Assembly: GCA_964019335.1 (NCBI GenBank) | Contig: OZ025678.1 | Span: 186,001 to 250,000, forward strand | DNA: 64,000 bases | Reading direction: 5' to 3' | From: Diplonema japonicum | Taxonomy: Eukaryota; Protista; Euglenozoa: Diplonemea | Part shown: piece by piece, positions 22,154 to 32,970 of the stretch | Numbering within the stretch: the first letter of the stretch is position 1 | Layout of the letters: every line of letters begins with the position of its first letter | Notes under the pieces: model-generated | Seen by the model: only the letters and a program-made list of their open reading frames with translations | Told to the model about the DNA's origin: nothing | The model's database searches: none | Program-made: the position numbers and the translations under genes

Positions 22154-24778
22154 ATGCGCGATGAGGTGATTCATGATTTGGAAGTGCAACTGCAGGCAGC
22201 AGCCAGTCAAGGCGACACTGATGAGGTGGCCATGAAGGCCGAGATGCTCGTGAGAGTCCTGTTGCGGGGTCCCCACGGGACCTCCAACGGGAAGCGTGCG
22301 GGGCGGATCTTCGGGCTGTTGAACAAGGCGGAGATGCTTACTAGAAAGGAGCTCGGGCTTCTCCCTGAAAACACACGGATGAAGCACCGGAGCATGGTCT
22401 TCTCGTTGCTGACAGCTTTTGAATGCGGAAGGCACGTCCGTCTGGAACCATGGGACCCTGCCGAGGGCCCTACAGGAGGTGCTGCGTATTCCAACTCACT
22501 ACCTTTCATTCCGGTGGTTGTCACCCACACACCCGAACCCAAGGGAGAGGGTGAGAAAGAAGGAGAGAAAGAGGGGGGTAATGATGTCTGTGCCGCCGAG
22601 AAGCCCATGATTTACAATTTTGACAACGTTGAATCTTGTACCTCTGTGTCCGAGCACCACAAGTCGAAGGGGAAGCGCTTCCGCAAGACACGACGGAAGC
22701 AAACGAAAAAGCAAAGGAAACAAAAGAAACGTCGGAGAAGGCGCAATAAAAAAACCAAGGACGGGAACCCCTCCGATCCGCGGGGTAGTCCCTTGCTCCA
22801 CGAACCGCAGGGCAGTCCTATGCGGTTCTTGCGCCCTGTTGGCAGCCCCATGCGTCCCTTGCGCCACGAACCTCAGGGCAGCCCCATAAAACCCTTGCGC
22901 CACAACAATGCGGTCATGTTTCTAGAAAGACGAAAAAGATTGAAAGAAGCGCAGCTGCGGAAGCTTGGAGAAATCGAAAAACAACAGGAACAGCAAATTG
23001 GCAACCAGAGAGCGAAGCTGGACTCCCAAAAGATAAAGCTCGACCCAGCACGGCAGGGGTTCGGGAAGAAGAAGAAAAAGAAGAAAAGGAGGTGTTTCGA
23101 CAACGACACGAAGTACTCGGAGTTGCGGTCGTTCTCAGGGGACTCCAACACAGAGGAACCATTCCCGCCGCAAGAAAAAACGGTGGACCTCACACCTGAC
23201 AACCTCCATATGCAGGACAAGTTCCTTGAGGCGCAGGGTGTGAGCAAACGTGTGGTGCTCGACACGCTGCAAGCCATCGAAGTTCCTGACGACGACGACC
23301 CTGTCAAGACAGAACACACAACCTTCTTCCCTTCAGACTTATCCCAGCAGGACCTCACCCACCAGGAGCCCCTCCCACCCCTTCCGATGTGGAAGCCTAA
23401 GAACGGGAGGAAAAAGAAGAAGCGTCGCCAGAGGAGTAAATTCGAAAAACGCACCTCGCGCATTGAAGCAGAACGCGTCATCAAAAACATGGAAGCGCTG
23501 TCCTCACAAGCAGAGGTGGAGGTCAAGAAGGGATCCTCCCCCACACGGCAGGACAGCACAGACGGCGAAAGCACCGCGTCGCCCGACAAGGTGGCCGACT
23601 TGCTACTAACACCCTTTGACGACACGTGCATGTCGGACCTGGGCCCTGACGACGATGTCCTGAAAGCCACAATGCGGACGATGGAAGCTGACGAGCTGGA
23701 GGAGCTGTTCCGACAGTGCAGCGAGGAGGAGATGGAGGAGCAACCGCAAGACCCAGAGGAACAACAAGAACAACCAAGAGAAGGCGAAGCGGAGCAGGAA
23801 CAGAAAGAAGAACAAGACGTAAAGGAAGAACGAGAGGCAGAGGAAGAACAAGAGGCTGAGGAAGAACAAAAGGCTGAGGAAGAACAAGAGGCTGAGGAAG
23901 AACGAGAAGTAGAGGAAGAACAAGAGATAGAAGAACGAGAGGTAGAGGTAGAGCAACAACCCGAAACGGTGTTGGATAACGAGCAAGACATGGAACAGGG
24001 AGACGCAGACAAAAGGTCAGAGATGCGCAGCACAGGACCAGAGGAGGGACATGTGAGCGAGAAGTCGAGCGAGAAAGAGGAGCGGGTGTTCGAAGACTGC
24101 AATGCACAGGTGCAGGAAGGCGATGAGGCAGACGACGAACGGTCTCTGTTGTTTGTCGCAGCGCATCCTCAGACCCTTCTGCCTAGCAAACAAGAGAGCT
24201 GGCTGTCACTGTCAGCATCCACACTGTCACGCAACGAGACGTTTCCTGAGATTTTATGTGACGAGCATATAAAGAACGCACTGCCAACACCGACAGAGAG
24301 CGAAGTATACTTACTAGAGACCAGACTGCAGCAGATGTGCCTGAAGCTATGCGGGGAACAGCTGGACGATGGAGAGCAAGGGGAGCTCCTTGCAGGGTGG
24401 GTCGAGTCAAAGGCAGAAGAAGCAGAGAAAGCGAGGAAGGCAGCTGAAGAGCAGCAAAACGCTTACATAACACAGGCAAGGCAGCAGTCCTCAGCACAAT
24501 CGATACAGCGATGGTTCAGAAAGGTACTAGGAGGGCGGGTCCTGGCGCAGCAACTCGCTTGCCACACACTGAGAACCCTTTTCAGGGCGAAAGGTTTCTC
24601 CTCACACAGCGAGCACGTGGTGCCCATCGCGGAGCCTGTTGTGGAGACCCGACTCCCTCCCTCTTGGGAGCCCAGTTTGCGTTTCATGCCCCCCCACCCA
24701 CCCCTCGGGACTAGGTTCGTCGGTATTCCTACCGATGCAGAGAGATTCATAAGAGCAAGGCAGTTTAGATTAACCTGA
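22154..24778 (+). CDS. Large low-complexity Glu-rich protein with an IQ-like motif
   Basis: 874-aa ORF; HEPQGSP repeats, EAEEEQ repeats, AQSIQRWFRKVLGGR (IQxxxR). Confidence 0.85.
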   Translation: MRDEVIHDLEVQLQAAASQGDTDEVAMKAEMLVRVLLRGPHGTSNGKRAGRIFGLLNKAEMLTRKELGLLPENTRMKHRSMVFSLLTAFECGRHVRLEPWDPAEGPTGGAAYSNSLPFIPVVVTHTPEPKGEGEKEGEKEGGNDVCAAEKPMIYNFDNVESCTSVSEHHKSKGKRFRKTRRKQTKKQRKQKKRRRRRNKKTKDGNPSDPRGSPLLHEPQGSPMRFLRPVGSPMRPLRHEPQGSPIKPLRHNNAVMFLERRKRLKEAQLRKLGEIEKQQEQQIGNQRAKLDSQKIKLDPARQGFGKKKKKKKRRCFDNDTKYSELRSFSGDSNTEEPFPPQEKTVDLTPDNLHMQDKFLEAQGVSKRVVLDTLQAIEVPDDDDPVKTEHTTFFPSDLSQQDLTHQEPLPPLPMWKPKNGRKKKKRRQRSKFEKRTSRIEAERVIKNMEALSSQAEVEVKKGSSPTRQDSTDGESTASPDKVADLLLTPFDDTCMSDLGPDDDVLKATMRTMEADELEELFRQCSEEEMEEQPQDPEEQQEQPREGEAEQEQKEEQDVKEEREAEEEQEAEEEQKAEEEQEAEEEREVEEEQEIEEREVEVEQQPETVLDNEQDMEQGDADKRSEMRSTGPEEGHVSEKSSEKEERVFEDCNAQVQEGDEADDERSLLFVAAHPQTLLPSKQESWLSLSASTLSRNETFPEILCDEHIKNALPTPTESEVYLLETRLQQMCLKLCGEQLDDGEQGELLAGWVESKAEEAEKARKAAEEQQNAYITQARQQSSAQSIQRWFRKVLGGRVLAQQLACHTLRTLFRAKGFSSHSEHVVPIAEPVVETRLPPSWEPSLRFMPPHPPLGTRFVGIPTDAERFIRARQFRLT
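23824..23950. repeat. Coding 18-bp minisatellite (EAEEEQ)
   Basis: gaggctgaggaagaacaa-type units in tandem. Confidence 0.8.
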
Positions 24779-25080
24779 TTGTGCCCCCTCATTTTCATTG
24801 TTGCTTGAATGCTCGAAAAAAAGGGCAGCATACAACCGTAGGGGTTATTGTTATTTTTTTTTGTCCCTGTTTTAAACCGGTTTTCCCTATCACCCCCCCC
24901 CCCCCTATTTTATCTCAGGTCCATTTATACACAAAAAATATTAAAAAAAAAAAAAAAGAGAAAAGAAAAAGTAGGGTAAGAATAACCTTATGAATGGCGG
25001 GATTAGAGGTATTCTTTTGTTTTTAAACTATTTCAATTCACGTAGAATTTGCTTGCGAAATATGAAGACGCAGCCGAAGG

Positions 25081-26229
25081 ATGCGACGGGCAAGAAGCGG
25101 TAAAGAGTATGAGGGAAAAAAAAAAAAAAAAAAGCAACAAAAAACAGAAGCAAAAGAAGAAACCGCGAGCCAGAGCAGCGGGGCAAACACAATGGAAATG
25201 GAAATGGATCAAACAGAGATAGAACGCAGGTTTCTGGAGTACGAACAGTTACGAGAGGACAAGGAGTGGAAGGAAGATGAACGATATATTCCTTCAGAGC
25301 ACCCCGAAGAAGAGACGGGGGACTGGGCAGAGGTACTGAAAAAGGAGACGGAAGAGATCCAACGGCAGCGCATCGAGGAGAACGAAGAAATGGAAAGAGA
25401 GGTAAACCACGAGATGCGGAAGTACCTAGGGATGGAGTTTTCAGGCAGCGGGAAGATCCAAGCCGCAAAGAAGACACCACAACCCTCTTCCTCTGGACAT
25501 CTCGCGGTTGTTCGAAAAATGAGCAAGCAGCAACAAAAACATCGCACCACAGATCAGCCTCCCAGCCCAGGGGGTTCATCAATAACCAGCCAAGACGAAG
25601 GCGATACACATAAAATGCTGGAAATTATTCATTCTCGTGATGCTGTGTGTCCTGAGGACGAAGCTTTGAAAAACTCAAATTGGGACGACACCTCAACCGA
25701 GAGTGATTCAAATGAGAAGGAAGCCCTTGCAGATCCGGCACCGTCACATCTTTCTTATGACGAGGCTCAAAAATGGGAGAAAATCGAACGAGAAAAACTC
25801 CGGAATAAAAAAAAAATCGCATCCCGCCTCGCGGTTCTCGAACGGCAGAAACAAGATTTCAAACAAGAGCTGCAGAGCAAAGCATCGACGGTGAAGAAAC
25901 CAACCGCGTCTTTCAAAGTGGATGAGTACATCCTCAAGAAACGGGAGAAATCAGAGCTTTTCAAACAACGGGAGCTCGCCAAGCAACAGCAGGACGAAGC
26001 CGCGCGTGTGAAAAGGCTTGAGGAGAACAAGGGTCGGTTCAAGAGGGCAAAGAGCAATAACAAGGCGAGGGAGGAGGCGAGAATCGAGCACAGCAAGAAA
26101 TTGCAAGCTGAAAAGGCGCGCAACGAGGTGAAAACCGAGCTGCGCAATATGCGCCGCCACACCGAACCCAACCCACCAAGCACCCCACCGCCTGCGAGGA
26201 ACGGGGCGAAAAAAACATCGTTTTCATGA
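25081..26229 (+). CDS. Coiled-coil, charged hypothetical protein; probable in-frame intron 25100-25147
   Basis: Long E/K/R-rich ORF. GTAAAG...GGG-A18-...CAG is 48 nt and in frame. Confidence 0.8.
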   Translation: MRRARSGKEYEGKKKKKKQQKTEAKEETASQSSGANTMEMEMDQTEIERRFLEYEQLREDKEWKEDERYIPSEHPEEETGDWAEVLKKETEEIQRQRIEENEEMEREVNHEMRKYLGMEFSGSGKIQAAKKTPQPSSSGHLAVVRKMSKQQQKHRTTDQPPSPGGSSITSQDEGDTHKMLEIIHSRDAVCPEDEALKNSNWDDTSTESDSNEKEALADPAPSHLSYDEAQKWEKIEREKLRNKKKIASRLAVLERQKQDFKQELQSKASTVKKPTASFKVDEYILKKREKSELFKQRELAKQQQDEAARVKRLEENKGRFKRAKSNNKAREEARIEHSKKLQAEKARNEVKTELRNMRRHTEPNPPSTPPPARNGAKKTSFS

Positions 26230-26265
<36 letters not shown>

Positions 26266-26327
26266 CCAAAAAAAAAAAATCCCGTTTCAAAAAAAAAAAG
26301 GAGGGTGGAAAAAAAAAAAAAAAAAAA

Positions 26328-27222
26328 ATGGCGGAATTCGACGTGGACGCGCTGACCCTACAGGTGTACGACACCACAAAGCTTCTCTCGGAGCACCAAA
26401 TATCTTGTTTGTGTGAGCGGGCGCGGGATGTTTTTTGCATGGAAAGCAACGTCCACCTCGTCCAGGCCCCAGTCACAGTCTGCGGAGACGTACACGGGCA
26501 GTTCCACGACCTCATCGAACTCTTTAAAATCGGAGGACGCCCCCCCGACACGAATTATCTCTTCATGGGGGACTACGTCGATAGAGGCTACCACTCTGTG
26601 GAGACGCTGTGCCTTCTGTTGCTGCTTAAAATCCGGTTTAAAGACAGGCTTACAATACTCAGAGGGAACCACGAGAGCCGTCAGATCACGCAGGTTTACG
26701 GATTCTACGACGAGTGCATGCGGAAGTACGGGAGCGTATCTGTTTGGAACCAGTTCACAGAGCTTTTCGACTACATGCCGTTGACCGCTGTCATCCAGCA
26801 TTCTATTTTCTGCTTACACGGCGGGTTATCACCGTCGCTAGACACATTGGACAATATTCGTCAGCTAGAGAGAATGCAAGAGACTCCCCATGAAGGCCCG
26901 ATGTGCGACCTTCTTTGGTCGGACCCTCATGACGATGATAAACCTGGGTGGGGGGTGTCCCCAAGGGGGGCCGGGTATACGTTCGGTGCCGACATCACAC
27001 AGCAGTTCAATCAAAATAATGCGCTTTCTCTGGTTTCGAGAGCACACCAGTTAATCATGGAGGTTTGTTATTTAGGAAGGGGAAAAAGAATTTAAAAAAA
27101 AAAAAAAAAAAGGGTTACAACTGGTGTCATAACCAGCAAGTGGTCACCATTTTCAGCGCACCCAACTACTGTTACCGATGCGGGAATCAGGTATTTTTTT
27201 TTTTTTTGAAAAAAAAAAAGGG

Positions 27223-27260
<38 letters not shown>

Positions 27261-27382
27261 GCCAGGCTGCCTTAATGGAAGTGGACGAACATATGAATAA
27301 GTCGTTCTTTCAGTTCGATCCCTCTCCTCTTAGGGGTGATGGGCAGGAGGTGCTCAGTGCGACTCCAGATTACTTTCTTTAG
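26328..27382 (+). CDS. PP2A: Ser/Thr protein phosphatase 2A catalytic subunit; exons 26328-27062, 27113-27190, 27266-27382
   Basis: GDVHGQ, GDYVDRG, RGNHE, HGG, WSDP, RAHQL. Splicing gives [26 protein letters not shown] and the diagnostic C-terminus TPDYFL*. Confidence 0.95.
27063..27112 (+). other. GT-AG intron (50 nt) ending A18-G
   Basis: Joins LIME to GYNW exactly. Confidence 0.95.
27191..27265 (+). other. GT-AG intron (75 nt): GTA-T14-G-A11-GGGGATTT-A31-TCGCCAG
   Basis: Joins RCGNQ to AALME exactly. Confidence 0.95.
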
Positions 27383-27512
27383 TAGTATTTTTTTTTTTTT
27401 TTTTCTTCTTCTTTTCCCTCATTCATGTGCCTCTTGGCGCTAATAAGATGGGATCGAATACGAGGCAGTTTTTTTTTTTTTTTTTTTTTTTTTTACCTGG
27501 GGAAACAAATTA

Positions 27513-27738
27513 CTGTAAATCTCTTAAGATTTTCCCGGAAAAAACAAAAGGCACTATTGGATGCCCGATGTCTCCCACTGCAAGGATCAAGTCCATTGCT
27601 GTCGGATACCATCTTTGAACAGCAGTAGACTTCGGGCAGTGCAGAGCTCTGCTGTGATTAATTAACCAGGCCGGTACACGCGAGGCAACTTCGGTACCAG
27701 TGATTTTCCTAGAGGCAAAAATTCAAGAGATTTACAGG
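27513..27738. mobile_element. TA-flanked MITE (~226 bp)
   Basis: ta|ctgtaaatctctt ... aagagatttacagg|ta: a 13-bp perfect inverted repeat with imperfect extension. Confidence 0.6.
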
Positions 27739-27991
27739 TAAATCCGTAATAAAGAAGAAGAAAAAAAGAAGAAAATCTCGGCGCTTACCCCCCCCCCCCC
27801 CCCCCCTCCCCCCCCCAGTACAGGGAAGGACACACATATGTTGTGTAGTTTTTCGTTTCGTTCCTTCCCCCACCTTTTTCTTTTTTCAAACCACCAAAAA
27901 AAAAAAAATCCCAGGGAAGAGAGAGAGGGGGGGGGGGAAAAAAGGGGCAAAAAAAGAACCTTTTTTTTCAAAAAAAAAATAAATAAATAAA

Positions 27992-28883
27992 ATGGGTTGT
28001 GGGGCATCTTCAGAACCGGTTGTGGCAACCGTCGTGGAGAAGATCGTTGACGAGGAGGTAATGCTTTTTTTTTTTCCTTTTTTTTTTTTCTTCAAATCAT
28101 CAATCAACACAGAAACCAACCCGCCTACGCCGGTGGGTGTGCCATAAATGCACTTTAAGAAACGCGGAAACAGCATCTGTATGCGGTGCGTGCCGATCTG
28201 TCCCACCTACAGAAGGCACAGCATGGCTGGATGACAGCCAAGACGATGAAGTGATGAGGGAAATGTCCGACGTGAGCTCTGGTGGGGACAGCTTTGGTTA
28301 CTGGCAACAATTCGGGGAAGGCGAACCTGCAGAGGCGTACATCGACGGTGTATGGGTCGACTGTACAGTCCGCAACTCTTCAAAACTAAAAGTTGAGGTC
28401 CTGATCGATGACCTTGTGTGGATAAGAGATCCGTGTGACGTGAAACGGCACAAGCTAGCAGACTGTTGTATCTGTCTCGAACCTCTTTGCAACAAATCCC
28501 TTGGTGCATTTGTCAATGAAAATGGAACCCGAGCATGTGCTCATTACGCTCACCGCCGCTGTGCTGCAGCACTGCCAAGCCAAAGCTGTCCCATATGCCG
28601 AACAAGTTTTGCACATATTGTTCAAGTACCCCGGCCCGACCAGCACTTTCATGAGTGGTTCAACGTTACGGACGTTACCAAAAAGGGAAAGCTGAGCGTG
28701 CAGGAGTTGACCAACTCTATAACTTCTATGACACCGTTCTCTGAGGAAGAAGTTTCGTCCAAGATACGGACAAGATGGCCGCATGCGAATTTCCCGATTC
28801 AAGTCGAGGCTGTGGTGCCCATTGTTTCATTCTTCTTTATATGGGCCGGACGACAGAAGTGTGTGTCCATGCCTTCTGCGTGA
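27992..28883 (+). CDS. Putatively acylated RanBP2-zinc-finger / RING / EF-hand-like protein; exons 27992-28057, 28113-28883
   Basis: Exon 1 MGCGASSEP... is joined by GT-AG intron 28058-28112 in frame to WVCHKCTLRN...CGAC (RanBP2 finger). RING CCICLE...CAHYAHRRC...CPICR; EF-like DVTKKGKLSVQE. Confidence 0.85.
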
Positions 28884-28909
28884 TAAAATTTACACTACAC
28901 CTTTTTTAA

Positions 28910-28949
<40 letters not shown>

Positions 28950-29454
28950 GAGGTGAGAGTTTTTAAGTTCAGATCTCATTTCTTTTATTTTTTTCTTCTT
29001 TTTTCTGGTTTGTTATTATTCGCTTTTTTTTTTTTTTTTTTTTTTTTCCCCTGCTTTTTTTTTTAATCCAAAAAAACTGTCTCTCCCCCTCCCATTTTTT
29101 TTTCTTTTCTCGTCGGAGTTTGACCCAAAAAAAAAATCGAACAAGCAAACAAAAAAAAAAAATAAGAAGAAGGAAAAAGAGGAAGGGAACCTGCTTGTTG
29201 CAATTGGAAATGGAAAAAAAAAAATATGGAGGGGAGAGTCTAGGTTTTTGTCTACTCCTCTCTCTCCCCCCCCCCCCCCCCATGGTAAATGATTTCTTTC
29301 TTGTTGATTCTAAAAGCCTATTTTCCCCCATATTCCACTTTAAGTCACTGGCCCTCTTATCTTTTTTTTTCTTCTACCCCTTCGAATACACGTCACCTCC
29401 CTTTCCCCCTGCTTTAAAGAATTTTCTTAATGCTGCTATTTCTTTATCCTTCTG

Positions 29455-29485
<31 letters not shown>

Positions 29486-31679
29486 CCGCTCTTTCCCTTT
29501 TCGTACCCTTTCATACCTACGTTGCTGACCTCCGGGGGTGGTACACAAATAAATTAAAAAAAAGATTTAGAAAGAAAATTTAAAAGAAAGAAAAAGGGGG
29601 GGGGGGGAAAGGTTGTCCCCTTCCTAAAAAAGCCCCCCCCAAGAGAAAGAGGAAAAAAAAAAAAGAGAAAAAAAAAAAGAAAAAAAGAAAAAAAAAAAAC
29701 AGTTCTAGGGTTTCCCTGTTCAATTGTTGCTCATGTCTCTGTTCTGAAGCACCCTGTGTGTAAGAAAATGCCTAAGATATGCTCTTTGCTGGAACAGCAG
29801 TGGGAATGGACCCCTTCAAAACTTCCCCCCCACCCCCCTTCTTTTGGTTTTTCTTTTTATCATCTCGCAACTCTTTAGCCTTGTTTGGAACTTTGAGAGA
29901 TGTGAAAGGCTTTTACCTTTATTAAATATGGTCAACTCTCTTCTGTTTATTACAGACTTTTTGAGGAAAGTGCCAACTATACTTCTAAAAAAAAAAGCTA
30001 ACGAAAAAAAAAACTAACAGACCATATACCGACAATAAATTTGTTTGCTGCTATAAAAAAAAAGGGGGGAAAAAAAAAAGGAGTAAAGGCAGCATTATTG
30101 GGCTTTTACTTTTTTTTTTTTTCCCTTCTTTTTTTTTTCCCCTATAGGTTGATCCCGGCATGTGCAAAAAAAAAAAAAAAAAAAAAAAACCAACAAACAA
30201 CAAAAGCAATTCAACTTTTTTTTTTTTCTTCTTCCATTCCTGCCCCTCTCCGGTGAGGATTTAAAAACCGCCAGCGGGGCTGTGGTTCTGAACATGCGTC
30301 TTTATTGGAAGAAGGAAAAAAAAAAAAGGAAATACCGTATTGGGGCTTAACTTGGAACGGGGAAAAAATTTTTTTTTGATGACTGGAACTTTTTTCTCGA
30401 TTTCAAAAAAAAAAACCGATTTTAGAACTAGGCACGTAGACCACAACGACGCGCCCAAGGAATACAAAGCTAACGGCGGAAAAAAAAAAGAAATTCAGAT
30501 TTGGAAGCTCCCCCCCCACCCGTTTCAGATTAAAGTCCAAATACGGTAAAAAGGAAGAAAAAAAATATTATTATTGGGACCCGTTGTTTTTTATCTCCCC
30601 CTCCCCAAATTTGACCCAGTGACGATCCTGAAAATGAGAAAAAAATGGGAAAGGGGCCGAAAGGACCCCTGTTCGTTCAAATCCCATTTTAGAGAGGGAC
30701 GGAAGAGGCTTGGGGGGTGAAAGTAATGACTATGTTCCTTTGACCTCCTCATCAGCGATGATGCCCCGCGAAGGGAATTTTTTTTGTTGTCTAACCTGTA
30801 AGTTCGCTTTTATTATTTTTTTTTATTCAGTCTCTGAATGCAACAGGGGAAAAGGAAATGCCACCCCTGTTCCCCGCGAGACCTCAAGGATTTTCGGGGG
30901 AAAAAAAATCCATTCGTTGTTTTGTTTCCCCTTCCCCCTCCCCCCCTTAATTAGTTCCTTTTATTATTCTTTCTTTTTTATACTCTTCTATTTTAGAATA
31001 TTAGAAAATTCGGGAGAAAGTAGATCTTTTTGCCTGACTCAAAAAAAAGGGGATGAAGAAAGGGTTGATCCTTTAAGATCAGGTTGTAAAGAACTAAAAA
31101 AAGAAGAAAACAAAAAAAGGGGGGGGGGGGGGGCGCGCCACAACGACCTTTTTTTCTTTTTTTTTAAATGTTCCTTGTTTCTTAATTGTTCCATATAAAA
31201 GAAAGAGGGGGGGGGGGGGGGGGAGGGGGAGGAAGTGGGGTGAATGCACTGAGATCAAAGGAAAAAAGTCTAAAAGGGACATTGCTTACAACCCCCCCCC
31301 CCCCCCCCCCCTCCTCCTTCATCAAGTGAAATTTTTGTCGTGAAAAAAAAAGAAAAGTAAGAAACCTCTCTATGATATTTTCTTTTTCTGTTCTATTTTT
31401 TTATTCTTCATTTGTTGCTTTTCTTTATTACCATCCCCCCCCCCCCCCCCCTTTCCCCACTTTCCACATTCACTTTTCTTTTTTTTTCTTCTCCTTCCAT
31501 ACAAGAAAAAAGCAGGACCATTTTTTTTTTCCCCCACCCCTTTTTTGTTCTCTCTTTATTCTTCCTCTCTTTCTCTTCCCCCGCTTTTTTTTCCATATAT
31601 ATTCAATGTTCCCGTCTCCTCTCACGCAAAGCAAAAAAAAAAAAAAAAAAAAGATGTAGCGAACAAAAAAAAAAAAAAA

Positions 31680-32903
31680 ATGTGCAGGGTAGTATTACGG
31701 CAGACAACCGCGGTTGTAAAACGGGTGGAGTGGCTCGCTAGTGGTTCTGAGAGAACAGGGAAGGCAATGGGGAGGGAAACCACGGAAAAGCGGAGGGAGA
31801 TCCGTAAAATTCTCGACTGGTGGACGCAGAAGGGAGTGCAGAATTTATACATACACGCACCTGACGCAGCAAGGATCCTAAAAGCTATTTCAGATTTCAA
31901 GTTAAGTGGGGAACACCCGGAAATATCTAGGGAATTGTTGAAGAATTGCGGGGGAAACAGAAAGTATGCTGCATTTTGTGTGGCGGCAATGTACAAAACA
32001 AGGTGTATCTACCCCGAACTATGCCTGAAAATAGTCAAACAGATTACCCTGCACCCGCAGGCGCAAAATATAACGTTGCACAACGAGATTCTAGCTAACA
32101 TACAGGCGCTGCACCACAGCGGTAGCCACAACCTCGCGGCAAAGTACATTTCGTCGACAGTCCATAGAGGCCAGCAAGAATTCTGGGGTGTTAAAAAAGC
32201 CCTTCAAATCCTCGCCTCGTTCTTCGAAGGCTATACTCCTTCAGAAACCACCGTCGGGTGGTGGTCCGACACCGGCGGCTATCTTGCGGAATCAGTTCTA
32301 AAAACACTTGAAAAAACACACAACATCAACGATCAGATCTTAGAATTGATTTCAACGTGCATTCTTCACATCCCTGATATCAACATGGAGACTGAATTCT
32401 TTCGAGTGTGGATAGACGGGATGGAAGCTGTGGTACACCAGGACATGTCAGGTACTTTCTTTCGAATCATCGCAACGCAAGTAGCTTTACCTGCGGAAGG
32501 GCATGTCGTCGTACCTTATGCACTGCCTACAGCGTGTGTTAAGGAGAGGTTGGAGGAGCTTTTTGTGTACAGCCTCGCTTCCTCTTCAACACGGTTTGCC
32601 TCCCGTGCGCTCACACACGTTCTTCAAGACCGTGCTGCGGCGTGGGAGTTTTTCCCGTCGACGCTTCCTGCCTTGGAAACCGCTGTTTTCCTTGGATCGA
32701 CCTACACGCTCCCCCCTGAGGATTCTGTGGCGTATCTCATCGAAGCCGGCATGAGAGGCTTGCTCAGAGTGGACAAATTAATGTGGTGGATGATGTCCTG
32801 GCTGCAAGACGGCCCGTTGAATGACAACTGTTTGGAAACATTGCTTGTGTACATCGTGAGTACCCCGTGTGTGGAGGCGTTGGCAAGGCAAATGCTTGCT
32901 TGA
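31680..32903 (+). CDS. Hypothetical alpha-helical protein
   Basis: 407-aa ORF from an ATG directly after an A-tract. Confidence 0.75.
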   Translation: MCRVVLRQTTAVVKRVEWLASGSERTGKAMGRETTEKRREIRKILDWWTQKGVQNLYIHAPDAARILKAISDFKLSGEHPEISRELLKNCGGNRKYAAFCVAAMYKTRCIYPELCLKIVKQITLHPQAQNITLHNEILANIQALHHSGSHNLAAKYISSTVHRGQQEFWGVKKALQILASFFEGYTPSETTVGWWSDTGGYLAESVLKTLEKTHNINDQILELISTCILHIPDINMETEFFRVWIDGMEAVVHQDMSGTFFRIIATQVALPAEGHVVVPYALPTACVKERLEELFVYSLASSSTRFASRALTHVLQDRAAAWEFFPSTLPALETAVFLGSTYTLPPEDSVAYLIEAGMRGLLRVDKLMWWMMSWLQDGPLNDNCLETLLVYIVSTPCVEALARQMLA

Positions 32904-32970
32904 ACAGTGCAATTTTTTTTTTTTTTTTTTTTTTAAATTCCCACCTTCCAAAAAAAAAAAAAAAAATAGG

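Noticed and set aside
22873-24107. Long minus-strand ORFs (409 aa, 194 aa) and similar shadows opposite kinesin and the giant gene
   Set aside because: Antisense shadows of low-complexity + strand coding sequence with no independent motifs.
29960-30350. RNase P/MRP-like words GAGGAAAGTGCC and TTGGGGCTTA
   Set aside because: They do not form a proper P4 pairing and the intervening sequence is mostly homopolymer; only an Infernal hit would revive this.
32856-32969. Possible GTGAGT...TAG intron fusing the 31680 and 32971 genes
   Set aside because: Splicing leads to a stop after 14 codons and is out of frame with the downstream gene.
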